IMG/VR virus record: IMGVR_UViG_3300035189_000033
Coordinates: 1-64,000 of that record
Length of the DNA stretch: 64,000 bases
DNA from: a virus
Reading direction: 5' to 3' (one strand)
The translations under genes and the position numbers were made by a program. Under the pieces are notes generated by a model. The model was given only the letters and a program-made list of their open reading frames with translations, did no database searches and was not told the origin of the DNA. This document shows positions 1 to 8,862 of the stretch, piece after piece; positions within the stretch are counted from its first letter, which is position 1; each line of letters opens with the position of its first letter.

Positions 1-2
1 CG

Positions 3-290
3 CCGAATCTGCGGGCGAGGAATGCACCCGCACCAAAGGTCACCTTGCCGCCGATTCAAAGGACTGAACCGCCCCTCGCGCCCCCTCGGGAGGCACCCCA
101 AGCGCCGGTTGTGATCTTCAAGCCCCGCCCGCCCGCCCGCTGCACGTGGCCCATGTGGGGCGCCAAGACCAAGTTCGACGACGACGGCAACCCGCTGCTT
201 TGCGGCGATCCCGCGACGGAGGGGCCGTACTGCGAGGAGCACCGCAAGGTGGCCTTCGTGCGGGCGCCCAGGGCAAGGGCGATGGCGTGA
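3..290 (+). CDS. GcrA-like cell-cycle regulator, C-terminal part (5' truncated)
   Basis: CTWPMWG...LCGDPATEGPYCEEHRKVAF matches the GcrA C-terminal CxWP...CG...PYCxxH motif; the frame is open to the window start. Confidence 0.75.
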   Translation, partial: PNLRARNAPAPKVTLPPIQRTEPPLAPPREAPQAPVVIFKPRPPARCTWPMWGAKTKFDDDGNPLLCGDPATEGPYCEEHRKVAFVRAPRARAMA

Positions 291-745
291 TGGTCGCCTA
301 CAGCTTCAACCCCATCTTCGTCCATCCGATCCTCGCCGGCACCAAGCGCCAGACCATCCGCGCCGAACGAAAGCGCCACGCGCGGCCGGGCGAGGCGATG
401 CAACTCTACACCGGCATGCGGACCAAGCAGTGCGCGCTGATCGCCCTGGCAACGTGCGAGCGCGTGCTGCCGATCCGCCTGCGGATCTCGGATGCGCCAT
501 ACGCGGCGGTTGACGGACGCTTGCTCGGGCTGCTGGCTGGCCTCGATGACTTCGCCCGGTCTGATGGCTTTGAGGACTTTCGTGCCATGCGGCGCTTCTG
601 GGACGTGCACCACCCCAAGGTCGAGGTTTTCTCCGGCGTGCTGCTCCTGTGGGGCGAGCTGGTCGTGCGGGGAGCACGCCTCCGGCATGACGCCGCGGCG
701 AGACCCGCGCAAGAGATGCGCACGACTAGCGCGGCCGTGTCATGA
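290..745 (+). CDS. ASCH-domain protein
   Basis: YSFNPIFVHPILAGTKRQTIR (GxKxxTxR motif), later FARSDGF; its ATG overlaps the upstream TGA. Confidence 0.8.
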   Translation: MVAYSFNPIFVHPILAGTKRQTIRAERKRHARPGEAMQLYTGMRTKQCALIALATCERVLPIRLRISDAPYAAVDGRLLGLLAGLDDFARSDGFEDFRAMRRFWDVHHPKVEVFSGVLLLWGELVVRGARLRHDAAARPAQEMRTTSAAVS

Positions 746-960
746 GCGACGCATTCGTGGTCAACCGTCTCCGCGCAAAGCCGGTCGAATACACGGTGAA
801 GATCAGTCATTACGTATCAGGTGGCGAGTGGGTGATGGGCGTGAGCGTGCATGACCTGTCCGCGCCTGACGAAGTGCAGAAGGAGCGTGTCGCCGCCGAT
901 TTGCGTTATGCGGCTGAACTTCTGGAAACCGGCGAATGGAGTGAATCCAATGCCGGGTGA
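742..960 (+). CDS. hypothetical protein
   Basis: ATGA-coupled 72-aa ORF. Confidence 0.6.
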   Translation: MSDAFVVNRLRAKPVEYTVKISHYVSGGEWVMGVSVHDLSAPDEVQKERVAADLRYAAELLETGEWSESNAG

Positions 961-1017
961 AATTCCAACCCCCGTGAGACCCTCGCCAGACCCGCGCACG
1001 ACCGACGTGGTGCCGCC

Positions 1018-1296
1018 ATGAGCGCGGCCGGCAATGATGCGGTCGCCATCCGCGCCCTTGCTGTGAGGATGGCGCAAGAACTCGACGTTCATGTGGATCG
1101 GGCAGAGGCGGCAGCCCGCAACCTGATCGAGCGTGGCTTGGTCGCCCCGCCGCAGTCCCGGGCTCAGATGCTTATGCTTCTGGCAGCGAAATACATTCGT
1201 AAATATGCCCCCGACCATGCGGTCCACTATGACGAAGCGGACTGCGAAGGTTCCTGCTTGGCCGACGATCTGGAGATCGAGGCTGAGAATGTCTGA
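1018..1296 (+). CDS. hypothetical protein
   Basis: 92-aa ORF within the operon. Confidence 0.55.
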   Translation: MSAAGNDAVAIRALAVRMAQELDVHVDRAEAAARNLIERGLVAPPQSRAQMLMLLAAKYIRKYAPDHAVHYDEADCEGSCLADDLEIEAENV

Positions 1297-1540
1297 CCGT
1301 CGCTCAGGGACCACCGCCCCGGCCAACTACTGCCCCCGGTGCAGCCTGTGGCACGACGGCGGCCCCTGCGACCACAACCCCGAAGCCTCGTGCCTGAACG
1401 CCTGCGGGCGCCAGCGCGGCTTCCGCTGGTTGGGTGATGACCGCGCCGAGGTCAAGCCGCGCACACGTTGCTGGACCTGCTGGGCGGTCGGCATGGGGCT
1501 GATCCAGGCGCCCGCTCACCAATCACCCGCAGCCACATGA
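1289..1540 (+). CDS. Cys-rich (zinc-finger-like) hypothetical protein
   Basis: CPRC, CLNAC and CWTC motifs; overlaps both neighbours. Confidence 0.5.
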   Translation: MSDRRSGTTAPANYCPRCSLWHDGGPCDHNPEASCLNACGRQRGFRWLGDDRAEVKPRTRCWTCWAVGMGLIQAPAHQSPAAT

Positions 1541-1557
1541 CCGCGAAGGGAAAGCGC

Positions 1558-2667
1558 ATGACGAGAAAAGCTGCCGTCGCCGAGCCAACGTTGGAGCTTC
1601 CAGAAGTCAACCCAATTCCGAATCTGGTCTGGGTGCGGACCGATGACCTCTCGCGCAACCCGGAATCGCAAATCCGCATCGAAAGCGACACCTCGCTGGT
1701 GCTCGAGTACGCCGAGGCGATGCTTGAAGGTGCGGAATTCCCGCCGGTGATCATTTTCCAGGACGCCGACGGCTGGAAGTATCTTGCCGATGGTCATCAT
1801 CGCGTTGACGCCGCCGCCCTCGCCGCCCTGAAAGATCCGCGCCGCAAGGCCGAGGTGCTCGCTGAGATCCGGCCGGGCGGGTTTGTGGACGCGCTGCGCT
1901 ACGCGATGGGTGCCAATACCCGGCACGGCAAGCGCTTGAACGAGGCCGACTATCGGCGCGCCATCGGATTGGCAATCACCCACAGGATGCTGACATCGCA
2001 GCATGCGAAAGATGTCGTGCCCGAAATCGTGGCTTTGGTCGGCTGTAGCGTGCGCACCGCGCAACATCACTCGGCCGATTACCGCCGCGAAATGATCGCC
2101 AAGCGCGACCGGCTGATCTGCGCAATGCACCGCGAGGGGCGCAGTCAGGAGGCGATCGGGGCCGCGTTGGAAGTGTCGCAGCAAACGGTTTCGGCCGTCG
2201 TGGACATGTTTACCAAAAAACGCAGCGCTGCGTTTTCTGGTGAAACCACGCTTCCGGAGGCGCCAAAAGTCGATTGGCCCGAGGCGGATGATCCCGATGA
2301 CGCCGAGGAGGATGAGGCGCCTGCCGACGACGAGGCCGCTCCGACGCTCAAGTTCGACATGTCGCCCTATCTGCCGCTGCTCGAAAAGATGCGCCCCATC
2401 GACGAAGGCGGCGACGACACGGAAAGCGGAGCCGTGGGGCTTCTGGAGGATGTCGAGGCCGAGGAGCCCGATCCTGTGGCGCTCGCCCTGCTGGCGAAGA
2501 TGGCCGCACGCACCACGGCCTTCCTCAAAATCATGGAGCGTCGGACGGAACGGCTGGCCAAGCATCGTTTCTCCGCCAGCGCATGCGGCCCGCTGATCGA
2601 ACAACTCGACCTCGCCCTGGACTTCTTCGATGCGCTGAAGGCCTACCTGGAGGAGACGGCACCATGA
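1558..2667 (+). CDS. ParB/Srx-like N-terminal domain protein with HTH (alternative start 1537)
   Basis: FPPVIIF...LADGHHRVDAA and ANTRHG; HTH-like SQEAIGAALEVSQQTVS. Confidence 0.8.
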   Translation: MTRKAAVAEPTLELPEVNPIPNLVWVRTDDLSRNPESQIRIESDTSLVLEYAEAMLEGAEFPPVIIFQDADGWKYLADGHHRVDAAALAALKDPRRKAEVLAEIRPGGFVDALRYAMGANTRHGKRLNEADYRRAIGLAITHRMLTSQHAKDVVPEIVALVGCSVRTAQHHSADYRREMIAKRDRLICAMHREGRSQEAIGAALEVSQQTVSAVVDMFTKKRSAAFSGETTLPEAPKVDWPEADDPDDAEEDEAPADDEAAPTLKFDMSPYLPLLEKMRPIDEGGDDTESGAVGLLEDVEAEEPDPVALALLAKMAARTTAFLKIMERRTERLAKHRFSASACGPLIEQLDLALDFFDALKAYLEETAP

Positions 2668-3113
2668 ACACGGCACTGGAACCGTATCGCCGCGCCATCA
2701 TCCGACCGTTGCTCAGCAGCGAGACGATGCTCACCGCGAAAGACCGCCAGGCGGCGATCACTGCGACTGTCGCGCTTTGGGGCATCGATATCAAAGCCGA
2801 GGAAGACAATCCCGCCAAACTGTATAGCGCCACGATGGCCGCCGGGCTGTTGGTCTTGGATCAGGCGCCGCAATGCCTGAAGCGGATCGAAAAGAACACT
2901 TTAACCCCGCATCAACTCGAACTGCTGAACGAGACCTATGACATCGATGGCATAAGGTTGCGGCTGGGCAACATGACGCCGCGCCAAGCCACCGACATCA
3001 TCCTGGCCAAGCTGGTCGAGCAGCAACACGCGCTCGCAACGCAGATCCGCCAGATCAAACGGTTGCTGAAACGCTGCCTCCACGAAGACCGGCTGATTTC
3101 CGAGCAAATCTAG
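2664..3113 (+). CDS. hypothetical protein coupled to the ParB-like gene
   Basis: GGAGGAG SD and ATGA overlap. Confidence 0.7.
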   Translation: MNTALEPYRRAIIRPLLSSETMLTAKDRQAAITATVALWGIDIKAEEDNPAKLYSATMAAGLLVLDQAPQCLKRIEKNTLTPHQLELLNETYDIDGIRLRLGNMTPRQATDIILAKLVEQQHALATQIRQIKRLLKRCLHEDRLISEQI

Positions 3114-3117
3114 GTCG

Positions 3118-4476
3118 ATGAGCACCCGCCTCATCATCGGCGACTGCCGGGACGTGCTGCCAACGCTGGCCGCGGGCTCGGTGCAGTGCGTGGTGACCTC
3201 GCCGCCGTATTTCGGCCTGCGCGACTATGGCACGGGCGAATGGGCCGGCGGCGATCCGGCCTGCGATCACACCGACCGGGCTTATGGCAAGGGGCGCGGC
3301 GACGGTAAGTGGTTCGATGGTGGCAAGCCGCGCGAACTTGCCGAAGGACGCCCGTCGCTGGGCAGGAGTTGTCCGCGCTGTGGTGCGCAGCGTATCGACA
3401 GCCAGATCGGGCTGGAAGCGACGCCGGCGGAATACGTGGCGGAGATTGTTGCGGTGTTCCGGGAGGTTTGGCGGGTGCTGCGCGACGACGGCACGTGCTG
3501 GCTGAACCTGGGGGATAGCTACTCGAACGACACGAAATGGGGCGGGAGTACGAGCGGCAAGCATGTGACCGCCATGCACGGCGACACCGGCATCGGGCGA
3601 ACCAAGAAGACCACGGGCATGAAGCCGAAAGACCTGATGGGGATGCCCTGGCGCGTCGCCTTGGCGCTGCAAGCCGACGGCTGGTATCTGCGCCGCGACA
3701 TCATCTGGGCCAAGCCCAACCCGATGCCGGAATCAGTCACCGACCGCCCGACCACCGCGCATGAATACGTGTTCCTGCTGACCAAACGGGCGAAGTATTT
3801 CTACGACGCCGAGGCGGTGCGGGAAGATGCTGCGCCCGAAACTGCGACAAGATATGCGGCGGGATACAAAGTATTCGGGAGGGGTCAGTTCGAGGCAAGC
3901 CCCACTGATAAACGCGAGGCAAAGTCTATCCCAGCCGAAAAGTTGGCTCATATTGCCGGCCGCAACCTGCGCTCCGTCTGGACGATTACCACCGCGCCGT
4001 TCGCCGAGGCGCATTTCGCCACCTTCCCGCCGAAGCTCGCCGAGACCTGCATCCTGGCCGGTACGTCCGAACGCGGCGCCTGCCCGCAATGCGGCGCGGC
4101 CTGGGCGCGCGTGACAGAACGGACGACAGTTACCCCGGTCGATTACGAGGGCAAATACCTCGCTGCGGATAAGCAATCGTCAGGCCGTCGTGCCACGGCC
4201 AATGTCCGCGCAAGGCGCATGGCCGGTCAGGGGCACCACGACAATCCGTTCCCGACACCAAAGACCATCGGCTGGCGCCAGACCTGCCACTGCCCGCCCG
4301 CAGATCCCGTCCCCTGCGTCGTGCTCGACCCCTTCTCAGGCGCCGGCACCGTCGGGCTGGTCGCCGATCGCCTGCAACGCAACGCCATCCAGATCGAACT
4401 GAACGCCGACTACGCCGCCATGACCGAACAGCGCATCGTCCGCGACGCCGGCCTGTTCGCCGAGGTGGCGTCATGA
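3118..4476 (+). CDS. DNA methyltransferase, N4C/N6A family (beta class), with Zn-finger-like insertions
   Basis: VTSPPY catalytic motif near the N-terminus; HFATFP; VLDPFSGAGT SAM-binding motif near the C-terminus. Confidence 0.93.
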   Translation: MSTRLIIGDCRDVLPTLAAGSVQCVVTSPPYFGLRDYGTGEWAGGDPACDHTDRAYGKGRGDGKWFDGGKPRELAEGRPSLGRSCPRCGAQRIDSQIGLEATPAEYVAEIVAVFREVWRVLRDDGTCWLNLGDSYSNDTKWGGSTSGKHVTAMHGDTGIGRTKKTTGMKPKDLMGMPWRVALALQADGWYLRRDIIWAKPNPMPESVTDRPTTAHEYVFLLTKRAKYFYDAEAVREDAAPETATRYAAGYKVFGRGQFEASPTDKREAKSIPAEKLAHIAGRNLRSVWTITTAPFAEAHFATFPPKLAETCILAGTSERGACPQCGAAWARVTERTTVTPVDYEGKYLAADKQSSGRRATANVRARRMAGQGHHDNPFPTPKTIGWRQTCHCPPADPVPCVVLDPFSGAGTVGLVADRLQRNAIQIELNADYAAMTEQRIVRDAGLFAEVAS

Positions 4477-4478
4477 CC
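4453..4478 (+). repeat. 26-bp direct repeat, copy 1 (left of the radical SAM gene)
   Basis: CTGTTCGccGAGGTGGCGTCATGACC; 24/26 identical to 5355-5380. Confidence 0.85.
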
Positions 4479-5378
4479 GGCTATTCCCTCGGCTCGTGGC
4501 CGGACGGGCTCGCCGAATGGACCGAGGGCGACACCGCCTTTCTGTCGATCGCGTTCACCTGGAAGCTCGATGATGCCTGGAGCAAGGCCGTCTACTACAA
4601 GGCGCTTGGCTATCGCGTCCGCGCCGGCGGGCCCGGCATCTTCACCCGCAGACATTACCTCGCGGATGTGGCGGAACTCGGCGGCGAGATCCCCGACGCC
4701 ATCGGCCGGCACAACCCCATGGCGACGATCGCCAGCCGCGGCTGCCCGGTGGGCTGCTGGTTCTGCATCGTGCCGAAGATGGAAGGGCGCGGATTCACGT
4801 TGCTGCCCGACTTCCCGGTGCGCCCGGTGCTCTGCGACAACAACCTGTCGGCGCTGCCGGCCGACTATCAGGATCACATCGTCGCCCGCTACCACGCCGC
4901 TGGCGTGCCGCTGCTCGATGCCAACTCGGGCTATGAGCCACGCACCTTCGATGCCGAGGTGCTGGCTCGCTGGGCGCCGATCAATCGCGGCCCCTGGCGC
5001 TTCGCCTATGACGACGCCGCCGACGGCCAACACGTCGCCCGCGTGATGCAGATGCTCGACCGGGCGGACGTCCCGGCCCGCCGCCGCCAGGTCTATGTGC
5101 TGATCGGCAATGAGCCGTTCGAGGCGTGCATGCACCGCATCCGCCAAGTCATCGGCTGGGGCGGCGAACCGTATGTGCAGCCGTACATGAAGCTGAACGC
5201 GCTGGTGCAACGCCCGCATGTCCGCTTCGACTGGACCGAGGCGCGCCTGAAAGCCGTGCAGCGGTGGGTCAACGGTCGGTTCTGGCGATACACTGATTTC
5301 AACGGATACAACTCGTCCGCTAAATCCGCGCCGACCGAACACATCACGGCTGATCTGTTCGATGAGGTGGCGTCATGA
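4473..5378 (+). CDS. Radical SAM-like protein
   Basis: ASRGCPVGCWFC (CxxxCxxC), then DNN and RFAYD; short N-terminal S-x-x-FTW...GG domain. Confidence 0.8.
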   Translation: MTGYSLGSWPDGLAEWTEGDTAFLSIAFTWKLDDAWSKAVYYKALGYRVRAGGPGIFTRRHYLADVAELGGEIPDAIGRHNPMATIASRGCPVGCWFCIVPKMEGRGFTLLPDFPVRPVLCDNNLSALPADYQDHIVARYHAAGVPLLDANSGYEPRTFDAEVLARWAPINRGPWRFAYDDAADGQHVARVMQMLDRADVPARRRQVYVLIGNEPFEACMHRIRQVIGWGGEPYVQPYMKLNALVQRPHVRFDWTEARLKAVQRWVNGRFWRYTDFNGYNSSAKSAPTEHITADLFDEVAS

Positions 5379-5380
5379 CC
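5355..5380 (+). repeat. 26-bp direct repeat, copy 2 (right of the radical SAM gene)
   Basis: CTGTTCGatGAGGTGGCGTCATGACC. Confidence 0.85.
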
Positions 5381-5695
5381 CGCTGGACCCCCGAACTCAT
5401 CGCGCAGATCCGCGCCCTCGCCGCACTCGGCTATTCGGCCAAGCAGGTGTCCTTCATCACCCGCACCAACCTCGGCACGCTCAACCACCAATGTCAGGAC
5501 AACGCCATCAGTTTCCAGCGCCTGCCGGCCAGCCGGAGGCCGAAGATCACACCCGACCAGATGCAGTCCGTCGATCCTGTGCTGACGTCGGAGGAGCGGC
5601 TGAGACGCCTCGCCCGCGCCGACCTCGACCACGAGATCGCCCTGGCCCGCGCCGAGGCCGCCACCGCGCCGCTGTTCCGCGGGGGCTTGCAATGA
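5375..5695 (+). CDS. HTH protein resembling the GcrA N-terminal domain
   Basis: MTRWTPELIAQIRALAALGYSAKQVS resembles the GcrA WTxE...GxSAxQI N-terminus. Confidence 0.6.
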   Translation: MTRWTPELIAQIRALAALGYSAKQVSFITRTNLGTLNHQCQDNAISFQRLPASRRPKITPDQMQSVDPVLTSEERLRRLARADLDHEIALARAEAATAPLFRGGLQ

Positions 5696-6819
5696 AAACC
5701 AAGCCCTCGGCCTGGATGCCGCTCTATGTCGGCGATTACCTGCGCGACACCGCGCACCTCTCGACCAGCGAGCACGGCGCGTATTTCCTGATGCTCATGC
5801 ACGCCTGGACGCACGGCGGCGAGCTGCCCGGCGACGGGCCGCGTCTGTGCATCATTACCAAGATGAGTGCGAAGGACTGGCGTCATTCGGGTGACATCCT
5901 GATGGCGTTTTTCCAGCGCCACGGCGCCATGCTGCGCCACAAGCGTCTCGATCTCGAACTCGCCAACGCCACGACGCTCACCGAGAGACGGCGAACGGCG
6001 GGGCGGCTGTCAGCAGAGGCTCGCGGCCGTCACCGGCAGAACGGAGAGACCCCACCATCACCCGAAAATAAGGAGGAAAAAATGAATATCTCTAGGAAGC
6101 AAAGCGACCGGGCCGAAAACATCCCTAACGTTAAATTGTGCGAACGATCAGCAAACGGCCAGCAAACCGTCAGCAAAACACGCGAAAAACGTGAACAAAA
6201 CGCCAGACCTTCACCTTCACCTTCACCAAGAAAGAAAGAAAAGAGGGCGGGACTTCGTCCCGTGGTCACCCTGGCGGGCGACCGACACGGAACCGACCCG
6301 CCTGCGAATCGATCGCGTTCGGGTGGCAATCGCGACGAAACCGAAGCCGTCGCCGGACTCGTGCTGCGTCCGCCGGACGCACCGGCGGCCCGCGCCGGCC
6401 CCGGACCGACCGCGATCCTCGAATGGGCGGTCGGCGTCTGGAACCGCGTCTGCGGCGGGCGGCTGAGCCCGGTGGTCAAGATCACCAATGCCCGCCGGGA
6501 TGCGTTCCTGCGACGCTGGCGCGACGATTTCGCCGAGGACGCGCAAGCCTGGGAACGGTTCTGCGAGCGCGTTGCGGCCTCGCCGTTCCTCACCGACGCC
6601 GAGGGCAAAAACCGCGCAAGATGGCGGGCAAACTTCGATTTCGTGCTGGAGCCGCGCAACCTCGTGCGCATCGAGGAAGGCCTCTGGGACCGCGCCGCAG
6701 ACCCGGAAAAAGCCGATCCGTGGGCGATCTTCGACGGAACGCCGGGCGAACCCGAACCCGATTACGACCTGGAGATGACCCGCGATGAGCATGGCGCTTT
6801 CCGCCCCCGCACGCACTGA
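5692..6819 (+). CDS. DUF1376/YdaU-family phage replication initiator
   Basis: WMPLYVGDYLRDTAHLSTSEHGAY N-terminus; PSPSP linker; C-terminal WRANFDFVL...IEEG. Confidence 0.85.
   Translation: MKTKPSAWMPLYVGDYLRDTAHLSTSEHGAYFLMLMHAWTHGGELPGDGPRLCIITKMSAKDWRHSGDILMAFFQRHGAMLRHKRLDLELANATTLTERRRTAGRLSAEARGRHRQNGETPPSPENKEEKMNISRKQSDRAENIPNVKLCERSANGQQTVSKTREKREQNARPSPSPSPRKKEKRAGLRPVVTLAGDRHGTDPPANRSRSGGNRDETEAVAGLVLRPPDAPAARAGPGPTAILEWAVGVWNRVCGGRLSPVVKITNARRDAFLRRWRDDFAEDAQAWERFCERVAASPFLTDAEGKNRARWRANFDFVLEPRNLVRIEEGLWDRAADPEKADPWAIFDGTPGEPEPDYDLEMTRDEHGAFRPRTH
6060..6245. promoter_or_regulatory. Putative replication origin (iteron-like repeats inside the initiator gene)
   Basis: A-rich patch with CAGCAAA at 6149, 6160 and 6171 (11-bp period), followed by further A-tracts. 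Confidence 0.5.
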
Positions 6820-7537
6820 GACCCTTCCCGCGCTCGCCTCAGTGCCGTCCCTGTCGGGATCGCTGGCCTACTACGTCGGCGGCGACACCGTCATCGACGG
6901 CGATCTGCATCCCGTCCAAGGCAGCCCAGGCCCGGGCGATGTTGCCGAGGCGCGCCGCGTGCTGCCCCAGGTGCAGCACCTGTGCCGCCCGCCCAGCATC
7001 GCCCTGATCGCCGCATGGTGCCGCAAAATCTCGCCCCACCTGCCGCGCGCGCCGCTCGACGAGCAGGCCGTGCTGGTCGCCGTGCAGGGCTTCGCTGTGG
7101 CCTGCTGCGACCTGCCCTATGCGGTGTGGACGGGCGAGAGTGCAACCGAGGCGCTGCGCACGTACAAATGGTGGCCAACACCCGCCGAGGTGCTCGCGCT
7201 GCTGCGACCTTACGGCGCCCGCTACACCCGGCTGCGGGACCGGCTGACGGCGATTATCGCGGCGGCCGATCGCGCCACCGCACCGCCGCGCAAGCCGCAA
7301 GACCCCACGCCGGAGGCGGTCGAGCATGTCGCTGCGGTGGTGTCAGCGTTCGTCGCAGAGCGGGGTTTCAACGACCCGGCGCACGCGGACGGCCGCAAGC
7401 CGCCCCGGGCCAGGACGCTGGCGCCTGGGCATCTGCTTGCGGTTTACGAGGCTTGGGCGGCCAGCGGCCAACCCGGAGCGGACGCTGCGGCGCAGCGGGC
7501 GGCGCTGATCCGGTCGGAAATGATATGGGCGAAATGA
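6785..7537 (+). CDS. hypothetical replication-associated protein (helicase-loader position)
   Basis: Follows the initiator; DLPY...WWPTPAEV motif typical of phage replication partner proteins. Confidence 0.6.
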   Translation: MSMALSAPARTETLPALASVPSLSGSLAYYVGGDTVIDGDLHPVQGSPGPGDVAEARRVLPQVQHLCRPPSIALIAAWCRKISPHLPRAPLDEQAVLVAVQGFAVACCDLPYAVWTGESATEALRTYKWWPTPAEVLALLRPYGARYTRLRDRLTAIIAAADRATAPPRKPQDPTPEAVEHVAAVVSAFVAERGFNDPAHADGRKPPRARTLAPGHLLAVYEAWAASGQPGADAAAQRAALIRSEMIWAK

Positions 7538-7584
7538 AAAAAACAGGGCATTTTTTTGCGAAACGATTTCATTCGTTGCGATTA

Positions 7585-7605
7585 GTTTGGGGGTGTTTTC
7601 CAAAC
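7585..7605. terminator. Putative hairpin terminator between convergent operons
   Basis: GTTTGG-N9-CCAAAC in an AT-rich convergent spacer. Confidence 0.35.
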
Positions 7606-7784
7606 CATCGTTGCGATTAAAAACGGCCGGTCGTTGCGCGAAGGTTTTCCTACTTCCGCACCTGTCGTTTCGTCTCGGTCCCCGCCCGCAGGTCGATTGG
7701 ATCGCGTTCTGCCTCGCTCATCAGTGGATGAACAGCTTCACGGCGATGGCCACCTGGAACGCCAGCACCACGTCGTTTCTCGCT

Positions 7785-7925
7785 CTACGCTTCTACTTCG
7801 TCAGACCAGTCGGGATACGGATCGCTCTCGGTCGGATACCACCGCGCCCGACGCCGCCGTTCGCGCGCCTCGGCCATGTCGGCTTGTGCGTCGCTGTCGC
7901 CATACTCGCGTTCGTCGTCATCCAT
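7785..7925 (-). CDS. small acidic hypothetical protein
   Basis: MDDDEREYG...; coupled to the upstream minus-strand ORF. Confidence 0.45.
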   Translation of the reverse strand: MDDDEREYGDSDAQADMAEARERRRRARWYPTESDPYPDWSDEVEA

Positions 7926-8092
7926 CACTGATCTCCGTCCGCGTCTTCTTCGTCCGGCTCGTCGCTGTCGCACATCGGGCAGTTCGCCGGGCCGGGGCAG
8001 CGCCCTGGCATCTCACCGTGACACTGGCACGCGGAACCCTGACCCGGCATCCGGCCGTAGTCGTCCAATTGATCCTCAGGACACCAACTCAT
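7925..8092 (-). CDS. small Cys-rich hypothetical protein
   Basis: CQCH, C and CPMC motifs; ATGA overlap. Confidence 0.5.
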   Translation of the reverse strand: MSWCPEDQLDDYGRMPGQGSACQCHGEMPGRCPGPANCPMCDSDEPDEEDADGDQ

Positions 8093-8352
8093 GGCAGCAT
8101 CACCTCGAACATACGCAGCGTGCAGCACGACTCGTCGCTGTCATCGCGCCAGACCTGCAAGCGGTTGTCCCACTCGGCCAGCCCGTCGTGATGCTGGTCC
8201 AGCCGCACCATCGCCACCACATCGCGGGCCGTGGGGTCGACCTCGACCAGCACGCCCGTCAGCCCCGTCTGGAAGATGTCGATCGGGAAAATCTCGATCG
8301 GTGCCGCGATCCGGACGCGCGTGCCGATCGGGGTTGAAAGTGTCAGGCTCAC
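8089..8352 (-). CDS. hypothetical protein (SH3-like beta fold possible)
   Basis: IGTRVRI...GLTGVLVEV; GGAAAGGA SD. Confidence 0.65.
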   Translation of the reverse strand: MSLTLSTPIGTRVRIAAPIEIFPIDIFQTGLTGVLVEVDPTARDVVAMVRLDQHHDGLAEWDNRLQVWRDDSDESCCTLRMFEVMLP

Positions 8353-8681
8353 AGTGCGTCCCTTTCCGTCGTGGTCAGTGCCGCGCGCAGATGCGCCAGC
8401 TCGCGCTCGTACCGGTCGATATCAATCTCGCCGTGCGCGTGCCGGTCGTGCACCTCGGCGTATTGTTTCGTCGCGCGGGCCTCGTCCCGGGCGGCTGCGA
8501 TCCGCAGGTAGCGTGCCGACGACAGATCCGGGCACGTCCGCGCCATGGCATCGAGGACAGCCAAGACAGGCGTTATGTGGGCGAGGGCGCAGCCGTCCCG
8601 GCGCACCCCGGCGGCGATCCGCTCGCGCTCGCACGCGGCCAGGACAGCGGCCAGGATCGGGTTTCGGTTCGGGTGGCTCAT
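8349..8681 (-). CDS. hypothetical protein
   Basis: 110-aa ORF in the coupled minus-strand operon. Confidence 0.55.
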   Translation of the reverse strand: MSHPNRNPILAAVLAACERERIAAGVRRDGCALAHITPVLAVLDAMARTCPDLSSARYLRIAAARDEARATKQYAEVHDRHAHGEIDIDRYERELAHLRAALTTTERDAL

Positions 8682-8706
8682 CGCGCCGCCCTGATTTCGT
8701 CGTCCA

Positions 8707-8859
8707 TCAGATCCTCCCACGCCGTTCGAGTTCGAGGCAGCGCCGGACCTCGGCCATCTCCGCCTGGAAATCTTCGCGCCGACATGCCTCTTGTTCGCGA
8801 TATTGCACCCATTGCACGGCGAACCAGACGGCGCCGATGAGTCCGAGCACGGTCAGCAT
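8707..8859 (-). CDS. small membrane-anchored hypothetical protein
   Basis: MLTVLGLIGAVWFAVQW...; GGAGG SD; translated by hand. Confidence 0.5.
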   Translation of the reverse strand: MLTVLGLIGAVWFAVQWVQYREQEACRREDFQAEMAEVRRCLELERRGRI

Positions 8860-8862
8860 CTT

